Assembly: GCA_013265495.1 (NCBI GenBank)
Contig: MU059972.1
Location: forward strand, 327,915-391,914
Direction of reading: 5' to 3'
Source of the DNA: Vicugna vicugna
Taxonomy: Eukaryota
DNA: 64,000 bases
A program made the translations under genes and the position numbers. Below the pieces are notes generated by a model that made no database searches, was not told where the DNA came from, and saw nothing but the letters and a program-made list of their open reading frames with translations. Of the stretch, positions 47,095-60,289 are shown one piece after another (the stretch's first letter is position 1; each line of letters opens with the position of its first letter).

Positions 47095-47789
47095 GGAAGG
47101 TCAATTGTTTGTCCAAACCCATTTATTTAACAACTGCGCTCTGAAGTCTGGCTGTGTCCCAGGCCTCAGGTGAGAGGTGGGCCTGACTCAGAGCCTCACC
47201 TCTGCTGCAGCCTCCGGTTTGGTTAGAGGATTCAAGCCTCCCGGAGAGAAGGGCCTGGGGGCGGCACACCAGACCTGCCTCCTCTGGGCCCCATGTAAGA
47301 AGCAGGAGCTCCATGGTCCTTGCAGCCACTCCCGTCCCCTGCCCTCAGTTCCTGCTGTACTGTGATTTCTGTTTATATCTTCCTCTGCTCTGAACTCTGT
47401 ACACCAGGACGGTTCGACATGGCCTCCCATGACTCAGAGGCACTCATGGTGACCGCCTAGGTCAGTGGACTGCCACCCTGACACCAGGGTGCCGAGCATG
47501 ACCAGGGAGGCTGGGAGGGCTGTCCTTTGCACCACTGGTGGGCGGGGGGAGGGGCAGAGTGTGAGTCCTCGTGGGTCCCCGCAGCTCTTGTTCCCGCGTG
47601 GTCAGCTGAGGGCTCCAGGCCAGCTGCTCTCCCATCAGTCACCTCAGCTGTAAAGTAGGAATCATACTTCTGCAGTCTAGGGAAAGAAGTTGATCTTTCG
47701 GGTTTAAGATCTAGGCTTTCCTACTAAAAATTAAATAATTATTTGCTTCTTCCTAAATTCCTTCATGTAACCACTGGCTCTGTGGACTT

Positions 47790-48120
47790 TATCAGCTGTC
47801 GATTGCTATGGAACAAACTAGCCTAAAACTTAGCAGGTTAGAACAGCCAGTGTTAATTCCCTCACGGTTTCTGAGGGTCAGGAGGTTGGCTGGCGAGTTC
47901 TGGCTCAGCCTCTCACCCACCTGGGTGCATGGAGGTGGGGTTGTAGTCTTTTGAAACCTCCAGGCTTCTGAGGTGCTGCTGGCGGGAGACAGCAGGCAGC
48001 TCCTCATCACGTGCCGCTCCATAGGCCACTCACATGACGTGGTACCGTTTGGCAGGAACAGCCCACAGGTGCTAATTCCAGGGGGTAGGGGTCATGGACA
48101 GCCAGCCTGGAGGCTGCTGA
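47790..48120. mobile_element. MaLR LTR (MLT1F-J type) fragment
   Basis: atcagctgtcgattgctatggaacaaactagcctaaaacttagcagg...tcacggtttctgagggtcagga. Confidence 0.6.
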
Positions 48121-49283
48121 CCACAGTGATGTTCAGAGAAATCTGATGTTCAGACCTGCTCAGCAAAGCTGGTCCCCTCGGTTCCTCGGTGCCCCGTCAC
48201 GTGGTCCTAGCCCTTCATGGAGTCACCGATCACCACACTGGCTGGTTCGGGAACAGGAGCGTCAACCCCACAGTCGTTCCTTAGGACTTGTGTTTGAAGG
48301 CAGGGAGGGGACCTTGCCTTTGGGGTCATGGAGCAGAAGCATGAATCAGCAGTTCTGCAACACCCTTCCCGCTGTGGTTGGAGAGGGTGGGGCCACACAG
48401 CCAAGAGACAGAGGCTGCAGGTGAGCCTCTGCGCAGTCTGGTTTGCGTCCCTAGATCCAGTTACCGGAAGCGGGACCCGCCTTCACACCCTTATCCTGGG
48501 TCGACCTCGTTCTCACAGTGCATGTTTACAGTCTTTCAGACCATCCAAGCTGGGGTGTGCCTCTCCAGGTCCATTAGCCGCTGGGGAGCCACAGCCAGAC
48601 ACCCAAGGTTCCTCCTCCATGCCCCAGTACTGGTCCAGAAGCCTTGTCTAGGTTCAGCTACCAGGAAACAGGGGCCGTGTCTGGATGTCCAGTTTACAAC
48701 CTGTACCTCTCTGGTTCCTCAGGTCACTTGTTAGGTGAATGATAAGGGAAGAAGAAAGGATTCATTTGTCTGTGTCTGACCTTCTGGGAGCTTCCCGTGA
48801 ATGTGCCCTGGAGTCAACAGGTTGCTCTGTTCACTAGTCTCCAGGATGTAGCCAGAGACCAGAGGATGCATCCCGTAATACGCCGCTAGCCATTGTCAGC
48901 AACGGGGCTCCATTTCTGGTTGGACAGAGCACACATGGTCTCCCTGAAGGAGGGCAGTCCCCAGCCTTTGTGCCTTTCCTGTTAAGACACAGAGCACTCA
49001 CTGACTGGCTGGTTCTGGATCCATAATGTGGCTGTTTCACCAGCAAGTCCGTGGTGGGCCTGCCTCTAGACGCTCCCAGGAGCCCCGTGGAATGTGGACA
49101 GCGGCAGCAGCCCAGGGGAAAGACACGATGATGGGCCAGTGTCCGCAGATGCCTCTGCCTTCCTGCTAGCCCGCTGAGGAAAAGTTGCCTCCCTCCAGCT
49201 CCTATCCTGTGCCCTCAGACTCAGGGTTGCTAGCCCATTCTCCATGTTTCGTAGTGCAGAACAAAAGGAGAAAGACGGGGACA

Positions 49284-49355
49284 GGGTGGGTATAGCCCAG
49301 TGGTAGAGCGTGTGCTTTGCATCTGGAAGGTCCTGGGTTCCATCCAGTGCCTCTG
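49284..49355 (+). mobile_element. tRNA-derived SINE head
   Basis: gggtgggtatagcccagtggtagagcgtgtgctttgcatctggaaggtcctgggttccatcc. Confidence 0.75.
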
Positions 49356-52300
49356 TGAGGGAACGCGACAGGGGAAGGGAAGGGGAGAGGAGAGGGTAAA
49401 AACAGGTCACAAGAAATAATGAAAAATGCAGAGGATGGGGAAAGACACACCAGAGCTGGGACTGGTGAGATGCCCCCAAAGCACCTGCAGAGAATGAAGG
49501 AACTGGAGTGAAAAGGAGATTTCTGTGGGATGAACTGGAATTGTCTTTACATAGACACTTATTGCATGTCTGCATCCTTGGTGCTGAGGACGCAGCAGTG
49601 AACAAAATGACGCTCTGGTGACTGGAGAGAAACAACAGTAAACCAAGCACACAAGTCACCTGGCAAGTGTCCTCGGAGGCAGACAGAGCCTGTGATGAGG
49701 TGGCTGGGGAGGCTTTGCAGAGAAGGGCACGTTTAAAAAGTTGTGGTAAAACAGACATAATATAAAGTTTGCTATTTTGGAAGGGAGTTTTAGGGCAGGA
49801 GTGAAGGGAGGGTGAAGGCCAGAGTGTGCGGGTCTGAAGATGGTTGGGGCTGGGTTGGAGGAGGGAAGAGGCAGGGCTGGGGTCAGGCCGGGGCTGCAGA
49901 GCCCAGAGGTGCCTGCCGCTATGCTGGAGGATGTGGGGGATTTTGAGACTGGAACCAACTGGTCTGGTTTAAAAGCATCGTTCTGACTACTTCATGGGGA
50001 ATGGACTCCAGGGCGAATGGAGGAGGGAAATGGGAGAGCCTGCCTGGGTGGAGGCGGGGGATGAGAGGGGCTGGGCTCCAAGAGGCACTGGTTAGCCTGG
50101 GTAGCTTTCAGTTTATCTCAGTGGCTGGAGGCCCAGACCCAGCCCAGGGTATGAGGGCTGAGCACGGGGACAGGCAGGCCAGGGGGCAGTGGCCACCAGG
50201 CTCAGATCTAAGGGGAATGAACGAGGCTTTCAGGCACTGCCTCCTTTTCATGTAATGGACAGGGTCAATTTGACAGAGGAAGAGGTGGCCACTTCTATGT
50301 AGAATTTGAGCTGCGGCTCACTTAAGCCCCCCTCCTGCCATGGATCCTTGGAAAAAGACACATTCCAGCAGGTGTGGCTGGGTGCCAGGGTCTCCCTGCA
50401 GCGCGATCCGCACCTTCCCTCAGAGGGTCCTGTGTTGCTGGAGTTCGTGGGCTGCCCTGGTTGGAGGAGGCACGAGAGCTGGTCAGGTCAAGTTAGAGAC
50501 TATTTGGAGACAGAAGGATACTTCGATTCATTCAGGCCTCAAATCAAAGCACGCAGTCTGAGTTTCACCTTCCCCGTTTCTGCTGCTTTATGTTTTATTT
50601 CACTTGACAGTTTATTTGTTACTTGAGCCGTAAGGCAGTCCTATACGAGGTTACCTTTTCTTAAACAGAATAAACAAAATAAGACAAATCTCATGGACTA
50701 TATTTACAATCCATCTCCACTGGCAGAAGGGAGGAACTGGAGCACCTGTAGGGGTGGATAGGGACAGGCTGGCCTGGCTGGACAGCTCAGGTGGGAGATG
50801 GTTCAGAGCTTTCAATGCTGGAATCCGGGTGCAGCCCAGGACCCTCCATTAACTCATGTGAATTCTTTCCTTTCATTTTCTGAATACTTTTTGAGGTTGC
50901 AAAGTAAAGCTGGGATCCCAGGATGCTGTCTCCAGGATCCTGCGCCATACAAGTTATGTGCATGCCTGGAGCACTGTCTCTGGACCAGGACCCCAGGAAG
51001 CAGGAAGGGGGCAGTTCTCGGGAAGAGCTGGGTGTCCAGTGTCCCGGCTCCTGCAGCCCCGGCCTGGCCAGGGCATGCCTGCCACAGCAGACCCATCGCC
51101 AGGTGCACAAGTGACGTGCGGGACAGCCCCAGGGCCACCTTCCGGCTCATGAGCCCCTTCCTCACATGCTGCCTTTCATTGTCCCCTAGACTCCCTCCGC
51201 TTCTGTGGGGCCCAACCTCTCCCCATCCCTCCCTGTTGTCCTGCACCCGTCTCCCCGTCTGGTGACACAGGACTCAGTCTTCCAGACCACAGGGCTCCCG
51301 GAGCCCCACCCTTGCCGGCAGCCCCAGCCCCACCCTCATCTGTCCCCACCTCCATCAGGCTCACCTACACCGCCACCCTCTGCGTGCTTTGCTGGGGGCT
51401 CGCTCCCACTAGGTAGTCAATAACTGAAGCTTGATGACAGGTAACTACTGAAAAGAACTATGAAAAGACATTGCAGCACTAATGCAGTGTTTCCTTCTGT
51501 TCGCAGTTACGGTTAACACGGGTCTACTACCATGCAGATGCCATTCTGACCATCTTGGCTGTTATTCTTCCAAAGAATCCTGCCAGGTACGTGCTCATTC
51601 CCCACTGTAGATGGGGAAACCGAGGTCCTGAGTGGTGAACACCTTGCCCCAGCGGCAGAGTTGGGGTGTGAACTCAGACAGTCTGGTCTTGAGTCTGTCC
51701 TCTCAGTGACCGTGTATTGTGGGGGTTTGTCTGCAGGAGGCTGAGTGCAGACCCCCCCAGGTCTACAGTCCTGATCTTACTGCTTCTGTGTTCAACACAC
51801 GTCATGCATTATCTTAAAATGTTTTTATATTCTCTGGGGCTTGACCTCCATGCCAATGGAGCTTGGTCAAGTCAGCTGTGGTATGTTCACAGCTGCACTG
51901 CTCTTGGCACTGGCTAAGCCTTAAAATATGTAGGTTCTCTGTAGGATCCCACAGAGATTTTGCATCTGTGAGTTGTGTCCACTGATATTTACCGTGTTCA
52001 TACTGAAATGGAGAAATGTCTGAATCACAAGAACGCACACTCAGCTGTCAGAGGGACGACGTCATCCTACATCACGCACGTGCTCTTGGGAGGAGACAGT
52101 GCGAAACAGAGAGAAACCTCCTAGCAGGGACAGGGAGATAGTGTGACTTTTCTGGACTCCATGAGAGGTCTTGGGGACCCCCCCAGTGCTCCTTGGACCT
52201 CACTTTGAGAACTGGTGGTCCAAGTCAAGCATGGCAATTTCTGATGTAATTAGGATTATTTTTTACCAAAGATGCCTATGAGTGCCATACATTTACCAAG

Positions 52301-53999
52301 GGAACTTAGATTTGAGATTATTTCTCATGGGCACTTCTCTAGCTGAGACATCTTCGAGTACCAAGGAACAATTTGGGGAATTTGTTTTTAATATGAAGTC
52401 TTTACTGAATTCAGCATTAGTAGCAAGTTCTGAATTTACCATCCTGGAAAATAAGCATTGTAGTTACCTGCAGAACTGGCACCAGCCAGAGGGCTGCATA
52501 TCCCTAAGGGCTGCTTTCCAGGGATGGTGAGGAGCACAGACTACCTGAAGGTAAGGCTGTGGCTCCTTCACAAACCCAAGGAGAAGGGCTGCAGGTGGAT
52601 GTCATGTCATTTGCTGAATGTGGCCACTCATCAAATCTTCTGGCATTTTATACACCAGTTTATATCACCACAGGCTGGTGCTTCAAGTCCTGTCTGGACT
52701 GTGAAAGTGTTAAGAGATTTTTGTGTTTTGCCTGGGCTGTAAGGCTCTCCAGCACACAGCAGGCTTCCAATCATTTGCTGAATGAGTACCAGTTCACCTC
52801 CCAACTGAGCTGGCCCCCTGCTCTCTGCAGGCTGAAATTTGTTACATAAAACACACTGTGCAAGAGTGGGACAGCCTTACTACAAAAAAAGTCTTAAGAA
52901 GACTTACTTTTACTCTCAATCCTCCTGGTTGGATTTGTGATAAATCGATTAAAGAAAAGAATACATTATTTATTTTGATTTTAAGATGATACCAAAACTG
53001 GTAGGGCTACAGGAAAAGTACTGAGTATAGAGTTTTAAAAACTGAAGGGGTTGTTTTTGGTGGTCTCAAGGTCGGGGCCCCAGGAATATCTAAATCCTGC
53101 TTTGTGCAACAGTTGCTCCTCCCCTCAAGGCTTGGGGGACAACATACCACAGAAGACGGTAACTGGAAAGCAAAGCTCATGATAATTTGTTGTGAGACAA
53201 GCTTGGGTTCCAAATTCTAATGCTGAGAACGCTGGTGAGCTGGGGTTGAGCAAAGGGCTGAGGCTGGGCTGGCCCAGCCCAAACCCAGATGTCAGTGCTT
53301 ATCACAGGGCCCCCAGGGAGGAGGATGGAGGGAGGGGCCAGACTGTGGGCTTGCTCAGGCCACTTCTGCTGCTTGTGTACAAGAGGGAGTAGGAGGAAGC
53401 AAGGTGGCTGGGCTGCCTCCCTCTCTGCAGCGACCTCTGGCCATTCTGCAAGGGAGAGAGGAGCCCCAGCAGGCACAGCAGCCCTGGCCGGGCAGCAGTC
53501 CTGCAGAGGCCTCCAGTGCCTTTGTTGCCCAGAGGCAGGACGAGATACGATGCTTCATTTCTTCTCTGAGAGGGCGTCCAGCACCACCAGGTCACCAGTG
53601 GCTTACGTGTAGTTGGCAATTAGCTTCTGTTGGTTCCAGGGACACAGACATGCTGGAGCATGAGTGCCTTTGGCAGGAACTTGGTTGTGTTCGTGGCTAA
53701 GTGCACAGCTCCCAAGTCAGTGCTGGGCAGATAGTAGGCCCTGAACAAATGTTTCCGAGGTGAATCCAGGAGCTTTGGGTGGGCTGTTATGAACTCGGTC
53801 ACTGAGCAGTACTGGAGAGAATGTCTGAACACAGGCAGTTGTCAGGGCCAGGCCTTCCTGACTGGGCTGGGGATGCCCTGGAGATGGAATGTGGCCCATG
53901 GACCATCTGTGTGCCTGCTCTGGGTCTCACTCCACAGCTCCTGAATCAGAATCTAGGGGTGGACCCAGGTAACTGCAGGAAGGAAAACAGGCTTCCTTT

Positions 54000-54220
54000 T
54001 TATTATTTGACATTTATTTAATGTAATTTTCTAAAATAATACCATTTCCACATGCAGTAAGTACAAAACATTTACTTGTGAGACATTTTACATTCTTTTC
54101 TTCTTCATACTAAGTCTTCGAACTCCAGTATTTTATATTCACAGCATACATCAACCTGGACTTGCCGTATTTCTGGTACTTGTCATATGTGGCGAGGGGC
54201 TACCCCTTGGGACAGCAGAC
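54000..54220. mobile_element. MER33/MER3-like hAT-Charlie fragment (MER5A-like piece at 53925-53980, L2 end at 54380-54550)
   Basis: ccatttccacatgcagtaag...tgagacattttacattctttt...tactaagtcttcgaactccagt...tatgtggcgaggggctacc. Confidence 0.55.
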
Positions 54221-54899
54221 CAGGACGTTCTCACGTCTTACTCAGTGGCTCTTCCTCAACCTTCTGGCAGGACCTTATGTGTCAATGTTGCAGGGAAACG
54301 TGCAAGCCACCTCCCCCAAACTAGATCTGATTTTCACTCAGGATTCTTTCATGACTCCCAATACTTCTCTTTCAAAGCACTTGTCACAGCTTGTAATTAC
54401 CGTACTGGTGTGGCTACTTGGTGGACATGTGTTCTCCCTGCCCGATGAGAAGTCACGTGCTGGACTGGACCTGCTGTTCCTGTTCAGTCCCAGTGCCTGA
54501 CTGTGTGCCTGGCCTATGGCAGAGGCTCAGTAAACATTCTTTAATTAATGTATTAAATGACTCAGTCCCTTCCTTTACTTCTTTTCTCTACTGTACATTT
54601 TTACCTGTAGGTTCTGATTTTGTGAAACTTCACTTTGCTTTTGCCGTAGTATGTTTTCAGATTATTTCAAGGCAAATTGCTTCTTTATTCATATTTCCTA
54701 TTTTAAATTCCCTATTTGGCTAAGGTCAGTGTTTTTAAAAAGTTCCCAAGGATGAGTATTGTCAGGGACCAAAATAAAAAATGCTAATTCCTAGTTCTCT
54801 CCCAGCTAGATTGATACAGTCAGTCAGTGTGGAGTCTGTGGTCTGAAATTTTAACATCACCGGGTAATTCTTACGGTGGCAAATAGGGGAACCCTTGGG

Positions 54900-56631
54900 T
54901 CATCTCTTCTGCGACGCTCGTCAGCCACGGGTTGGCTGTAATGTCAGGTGTCTCCTCATCCAGGGGCGTTGCGCGTCGTGGCGGGGGGGGGGCGGAGAGC
55001 AAAATCTGGCTGCCTAGAGGTGTGAGAGCCCCCTTCCAGTTCCCGGCGAGACACGACCGGTTAAGCTCCCTGGCCGCCCCGTGAGTGGGGCGTCTTAGGC
55101 TCCCGTTTCCCTTAAAGAAGCAGGTCTGAGAGGTGACCTGGTGGCGGACGGCGGTCGAGCGCCCCTGGACCAGCGGCAGGTGCACCCAGCACAGGACGAA
55201 CTCGGTGTGAGTGGACAGAGCACCTACCGCCCAAGCCCAGCTAACGACCCGCGCTTTGCGGAGCAGCGGGTAGGGCGGTGGCCGGTCCTCGCCGGGTGCG
55301 CCTCTGGGAAGAGCGGGCGCCGCGGCCACCCCGCGACACCGAGCTTTCCAGCGCCTTCCGCACCAGACCCGCTTCCGGCACATGGGACGGCCAATCGTCA
55401 CGTCCGAGAACGAAAGACCCGCCCCCTCCGGGACGCAAGTAGCCAAACAAGTTGCCCGCTTCCCCAGCGTCCCTTGCGCCTGAACGCACGACCTTGTCCA
55501 ATCCATCCCGGGACGTCCTTCTGGTCCCGCCCCGGCCTGTCCCATAAGCTGTCAATCTCGCTGTCTCCCTTGGCCTCACGCGCACTTCCTCCCCGACGCC
55601 GTGACGTGCGCAGCCTTGTGCCCGACCGCGGCGGGCCAATGGCGGTGCCGGATACAGCGGGCCAATGGGCGGCAGTGTCTCATGCGGCCCGCGCCGCCGC
55701 AGCCGCCGCCGGGTCCCGGAGCCAGAGGCCGCCCGAGCCGGAGCGCGATGGAGCGAGGGCCCCAGGCGGGGAGGCGCCGCCGAGCGCGCGGCCCGACGCC
55801 CCCTCAGTGAGCGCCCGACCGCCGCGGCGCCGCCCGAGGGCGGGCTCGCCTCTGCCCGCCTCGCCGCCGCGCCGGCGCTTGGAGCCCGCGCCGCCTTCCC
55901 GCTCGGGCCGCGGGCCGGGGACGGGCCGGGGCTGCATGGCCTCGCCCGCACGCCGCCGCTGAGCCGCGGGCCGGAGCCGGAGCTGGTGAGAGCCGCGGCC
56001 GCGCGGGGTCGGGGCGGGCCTGGTCGTGGGTCGGCTTGCGGCCTGCAGGTCTCCCGCACCGGGCAGAGCAGCGCGGCGCGCTCCCGCGGGCCTGGGGGTC
56101 GGGGTCCCGGGCAGCCGTGAGGGGCCGGCGGGGCCGTCCGCGTGGGCTCGAGGGCCTGGGGGGGGCGGGAGGGCCGACCGAGGGCTCCGGGCGAGCCTGA
56201 GGGGGTGAAGGGGGTTTCGGGGTGGGCTTTCGGTGAGCCTGGGGGGCCCGAAGGGCCGACGGGGCGCTCGGGGTGGGCCTGGGAACCTGGGGGTACCGGG
56301 GCATCTGTGAGGGGCAGGGGGTGGGTTCCGGGCTGAGCTGCGGAGCCGGAGGTGGGCAGGGGCAGCCTGAGGGGGCCCGGGCAGCCTTGAGAGGCCGACG
56401 AGGGCTGCGGGGGGCTCGGGTGCCGACCTCTGACCCGCGGGAGGGGCGCTTTCGCGGTGTGGGCTGTAGTTGTTATTCCAGCGTCCCTATTATTATCGCT
56501 GTTTTGAAATGGGAGCAGGCGGCTTCGGGCTCCGAGCCGGAGGGGGCGGGCGAGCCGGGGCCTGGAGGGAGAGGGGGCGCCGGGGCCGCAGGAGGGACGT
56601 GGAGCGAGGGAAGCGGCGGCGGCGGCGGCTG
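54900..56631. promoter_or_regulatory. ANKRD11 CpG island and promoter with paired CCAAT boxes (55636-55640, 55662-55666), another at about 55391, and GTGACGTG at 55601
   Basis: Motifs and CpG density read directly. Confidence 0.75.
55690..55985 (+). other. ANKRD11: ANKRD11 non-coding exon 1 (5' UTR); start approximate; no ANKRD11 coding exon seen in the window
   Basis: CpG island head-to-head with SPG7, as expected from the conserved mammalian gene order; strong donor GAGCTG|gtgaga at 55985/55986. The identity rests on synteny. Confidence 0.72.
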
Positions 56632-56814
56632 NNNNNNNNNNNNNNNNNNNNNNNNNNNNNNNNNNNNNNNNNNNNNNNNNNNNNNNNNNNNNNNNNNNNN
56701 NNNNNNNNNNNNNNNNNNNNNNNNNNNNNNNNNNNNNNNNNNNNNNNNNNNNNNNNNNNNNNNNNNNNNNNNNNNNNNNNNNNNNNNNNNNNNNNNNNNN
56801 NNNNNNNNNNNNNN
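56632..56814. other. Assembly gap (183 N) in the ANKRD11 CpG island / intron 1
   Basis: Run of N preceded by (GCG)5GC. Confidence 0.99.
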
Positions 56815-59800
56815 TCAGTCCCCTCTCAAAGAGGGATTGTGTTATTAAATCTTCTATCTCTGCCGTTTTGGGGGAGTCTTAATTTTTCCTGGTGCCCATC
56901 AAGGTTTTCTGCTTCTGTTGTGTTTTCGAAAGCTAGTCTTGTATTCCAGCTTCCAAAGAGTTTTGAGAGAGGCTTTGGAAGATTAAGCTGGCCTAACAGG
57001 GCACTGTGCTTTCAAAACCATTTTCTTTCTAACAGTTCAGATGCAGCATGCTTAGGTTTCATGGTTTCTGCAGGTCATTGAGAAGTTTTGTATTCGTTTG
57101 CAAGAGAAGTCACATTTCAGACTTTCTTATATGGTGGGAGAGTTTTCTGAAGTGATTTGAGCATATCCTTAACATTCCTTTAGGACTGAGGAGTCAAAGT
57201 GTGGGCAGTTGTTGGACTGCAGAACTTAGAATATTTTGATCCTTTTGGTGGGGGTGGGGTGGGTGAGGTGCACTCAGGCAAAAGATGTAAGATGACACTG
57301 CTTGTGGAAAAAATGCCATTGAAACAGTTACTATTTTTGGTTTGTACAAACCCAGTCAATGGAATAACTTGGATTGTTGTAAATCAGAGACCCTGAGACC
57401 GTGTGCCTCAGGGCTTTGGGACCTTGATTTCTGTTAGTGAATGTTGCTGTCCTGGAAGACCTGGAGTCCCGTTTGTGTCTTTTGGGAGTGACTGCACAAA
57501 TATGATAGTGTTACTCTGAAACCGTAGTTAGGAAGGAAAAGGGGGACACATCTTGCTCAGCTGAGATTGTGACCCTTAGCCCCCCGCCCTCCATCAGCTG
57601 TTGTTGGCCTTCTGTAGTGTCACCCTCAAAGCAGGCTCCCCTTTGATAGGCTGGCTCTCCGATGGACGGAGGAAACAAAGGCCAAGTTGCTGTGACATTT
57701 TCCTGTGTTCTTTGTGCATGCCTCTTGAGATGGTTAAAAAGCTAACCAAAGACACTGCCAAACTGATTCAGGTTTGAGACTTTGAAAATGTCTTATAAAT
57801 ATTGTTTAATTGTGGTAAAATACGCTAAAGAAAATGTATCTGAAGTTTGTTTTTAAAGGTGCCATGTAGTGTTGAATTCCTCACCTGCAGTTCTGCCTCC
57901 GAGTGGCCGCTGTTGGACGTGTTCTCTGGACCCTCTGTGGACCGGTCATGTTCGTCACGCTGCTGCAGACCAGATGGGCTGCTTGTGACTAGTGGCTTCA
58001 CTTTAGCTCTAATTACAGCGTCGATGTGTTGACAAGTAGAACTTCCTACAGATAGAGAGACCATGCTATTTTTATTTGAGAATATTTTTCAATAAGCTTT
58101 GTGTACCTTGGGTTTTAAGTATATTTGACATAGTAAGTTTGTTTCATCAAATAGGAGAGTTATTTTGTGTAGGATAGCAGGGAGCCCATCATCAGTTAAG
58201 TAACATAATTAAAGAGTGTTGGTAAACGCTGGTTCAGGCATAATGTGCATTTGTTGCCAGAAAGTGTTTTGTTCTGTCCACTGCCCTGTGAGTCCCTTCC
58301 TCTCTCACCTGGTGAGCATGATGGACGAGCTTCCTTTACTAGCATCACCTTCGCTAGTTAGCAGGTGAGACTGACGCAGCAATTGTTGGCCGCAAGTGGA
58401 GTCAGTGCTCTGAGGAGGTTGAGCTTGGCCCGTCTGATAAACTTTACACAAAAATAGAATGAACTCAAATAACTGAAAGTGATTGTCTTGAGACGTTTTC
58501 AGCGCATGCTCTCTTAATTTGAATTTCAAATGGAATTTCTGTGCAATTCAGCTTTTCCGACTTCATCATAAAGCTATATGAAAAAGATGGTGTCAGTGCC
58601 CAGCGCCTGGAACTCAGGCAGTTAGAGATACTATGGAAAGTCTTTTTTAAAAGGCTTAGGAAAGAATCCACTGTAACAACTACTTTGTTAGTTCTGATGG
58701 AAATGTTTCTCTTCCTGTGTGGCTCTTCTTTTGTTTGATGGATCTTAACTCTTTTAGGCCAGAGTCAAACTCAGGTGTGTACTTTAAATGTCTGTTTTAT
58801 TCTGTGCTTTTCTTAACTCCCATTCCTCCCTCTCTGTATTTAAAGTTCTCTTTAAATTCACTTTAGGACCAAATAGTGTTTTATGTTTATGGCAGAACTA
58901 CGAATAGTATTTTTATGAAAATGTCCCAAATGCTTATTAACTGGCTTGATCCTGATTGTGTGGCCTCTCCCCCAGTCCGTCTCTGCATCCTCTTTAACTC
59001 CAATGCTCTGGCTTTGCTGGCCTCTCATTTCCTAGATTGGGCATGTGCCTTATTCTCCAGGACTTCGACCATGCTGACCCTCTGCCTGGACCAGGGTCTT
59101 GCTGAGTGTCCATCACTGCCTCCCTTGAAAATCCTCTCCCTTCCCAACCAAAAAAAAATCTCTAAGGGAACTACCCAATCTTTGGGTCTTTGTTCAATGT
59201 TGCTTCCTCGTAGAGGGTCTCAGTCATCACATGGAAGGAAAGTAGCTGCTCCCCCTTGTTACAGGCACATGGAACTGAACGACGCTGACCAGGTGTGGTT
59301 GGTCTTTGCTCCCGCGGTAGTAGGGCTGTAAGCTCACTGAAGACAGGGATGGTCAGCCAGGGGCCAGCCTAGGGCATAACACTAGAGGTAGAGTGGCTCA
59401 AGAAATATTTTTAGAATTTTTAAAGACTGTGTATGGGAGTGTTTGAGTAATTTTGAGAGGACAAACTTAGGATCATGAACTTAACATTTATTTGATTGAC
59501 CGGGGATTAGGCTATGTGCATATTAGCCATTTTTCCATTTGTTACTACAAGTTGCCTTTACAGAGAAAGGTATGGGGCAGAGCTTTTAAAACTGGCACAG
59601 AGCAAGAGATAAAGGAAAATAATTAAGGGGAAGATTGTCTTTGTGCGAAGAAAGTAATGTTTTCTGTGGATTCGGTTGAGGAGGGCTTCTGTTCTGGGGC
59701 CACGGTCAGAGGCTCGCCAGGAGGCAGCTGCTGCTCATGGCGCTAGAGGTTTCGTCTAGAGCTCTGAGCGCCTTCTGGCCGTGTGTGACGTGGATAGTGG

Positions 59801-60135
59801 CTTAGTGTCACGGGGAGTCCTTTGAAAGGGTTAGCGTTTTTTAACTCATTTGTTTCTGTTACTTCCTAAGTGGCTGTAATAAAAAAGCTCCTGGGCATTC
59901 AAGCCAAAGCCTCAGTTCATATATAAATTCCCCAGGATGTAGATGCCCCCTTAACGTTGCCCCCTTCCCCCAACCCAGTTTTGGCATTTTAATGAAGGAA
60001 AAAAAGTCTCTTTGGACAGAAATACACCATAATGGAGTTGTGTTATTTTTTCACATTTGTGTTTGTTTTCTGATTAAAAAAGGAAAAAACCTTTTATGTA
60101 ATTGGCAAAAGGTTGTTATTGGAAAGACTAATTCT

Positions 60136-60289
60136 CTTTTTTTTCTTTTTCTTTTTCTTTGGGGGAAGGAGGAGGTATTTAGGTTTATTTATTTATTTGT
60201 TTGTTTTTAGAGAAGGTACTGGTGATTGAACCCAGGACCTTGTGCATGCTAGGCATGCTCTCTACCACTTGAGCTATATCTTCTCCCCC
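60136..60289 (-). mobile_element. tRNA-Ala-derived SINE
   Basis: gaaggtactggtgattgaacccaggaccttgtgcatgctaggcatgctctctaccacttgagctatatcttctccccc. Confidence 0.87.

Noticed and set aside
55141-56848. Long ORFs (190-273 aa) over the ANKRD11 CpG island
   Set aside because: Arg/Pro/Gly/Ala-rich artefacts of very high GC content; ANKRD11 exon 1 is non-coding.
58300-58450. Cluster of E-box, MARE/AP-1-like and GATA motifs in ANKRD11 intron 1
   Set aside because: Short motifs occur by chance at this density; there is no conservation or chromatin data to support an enhancer call.
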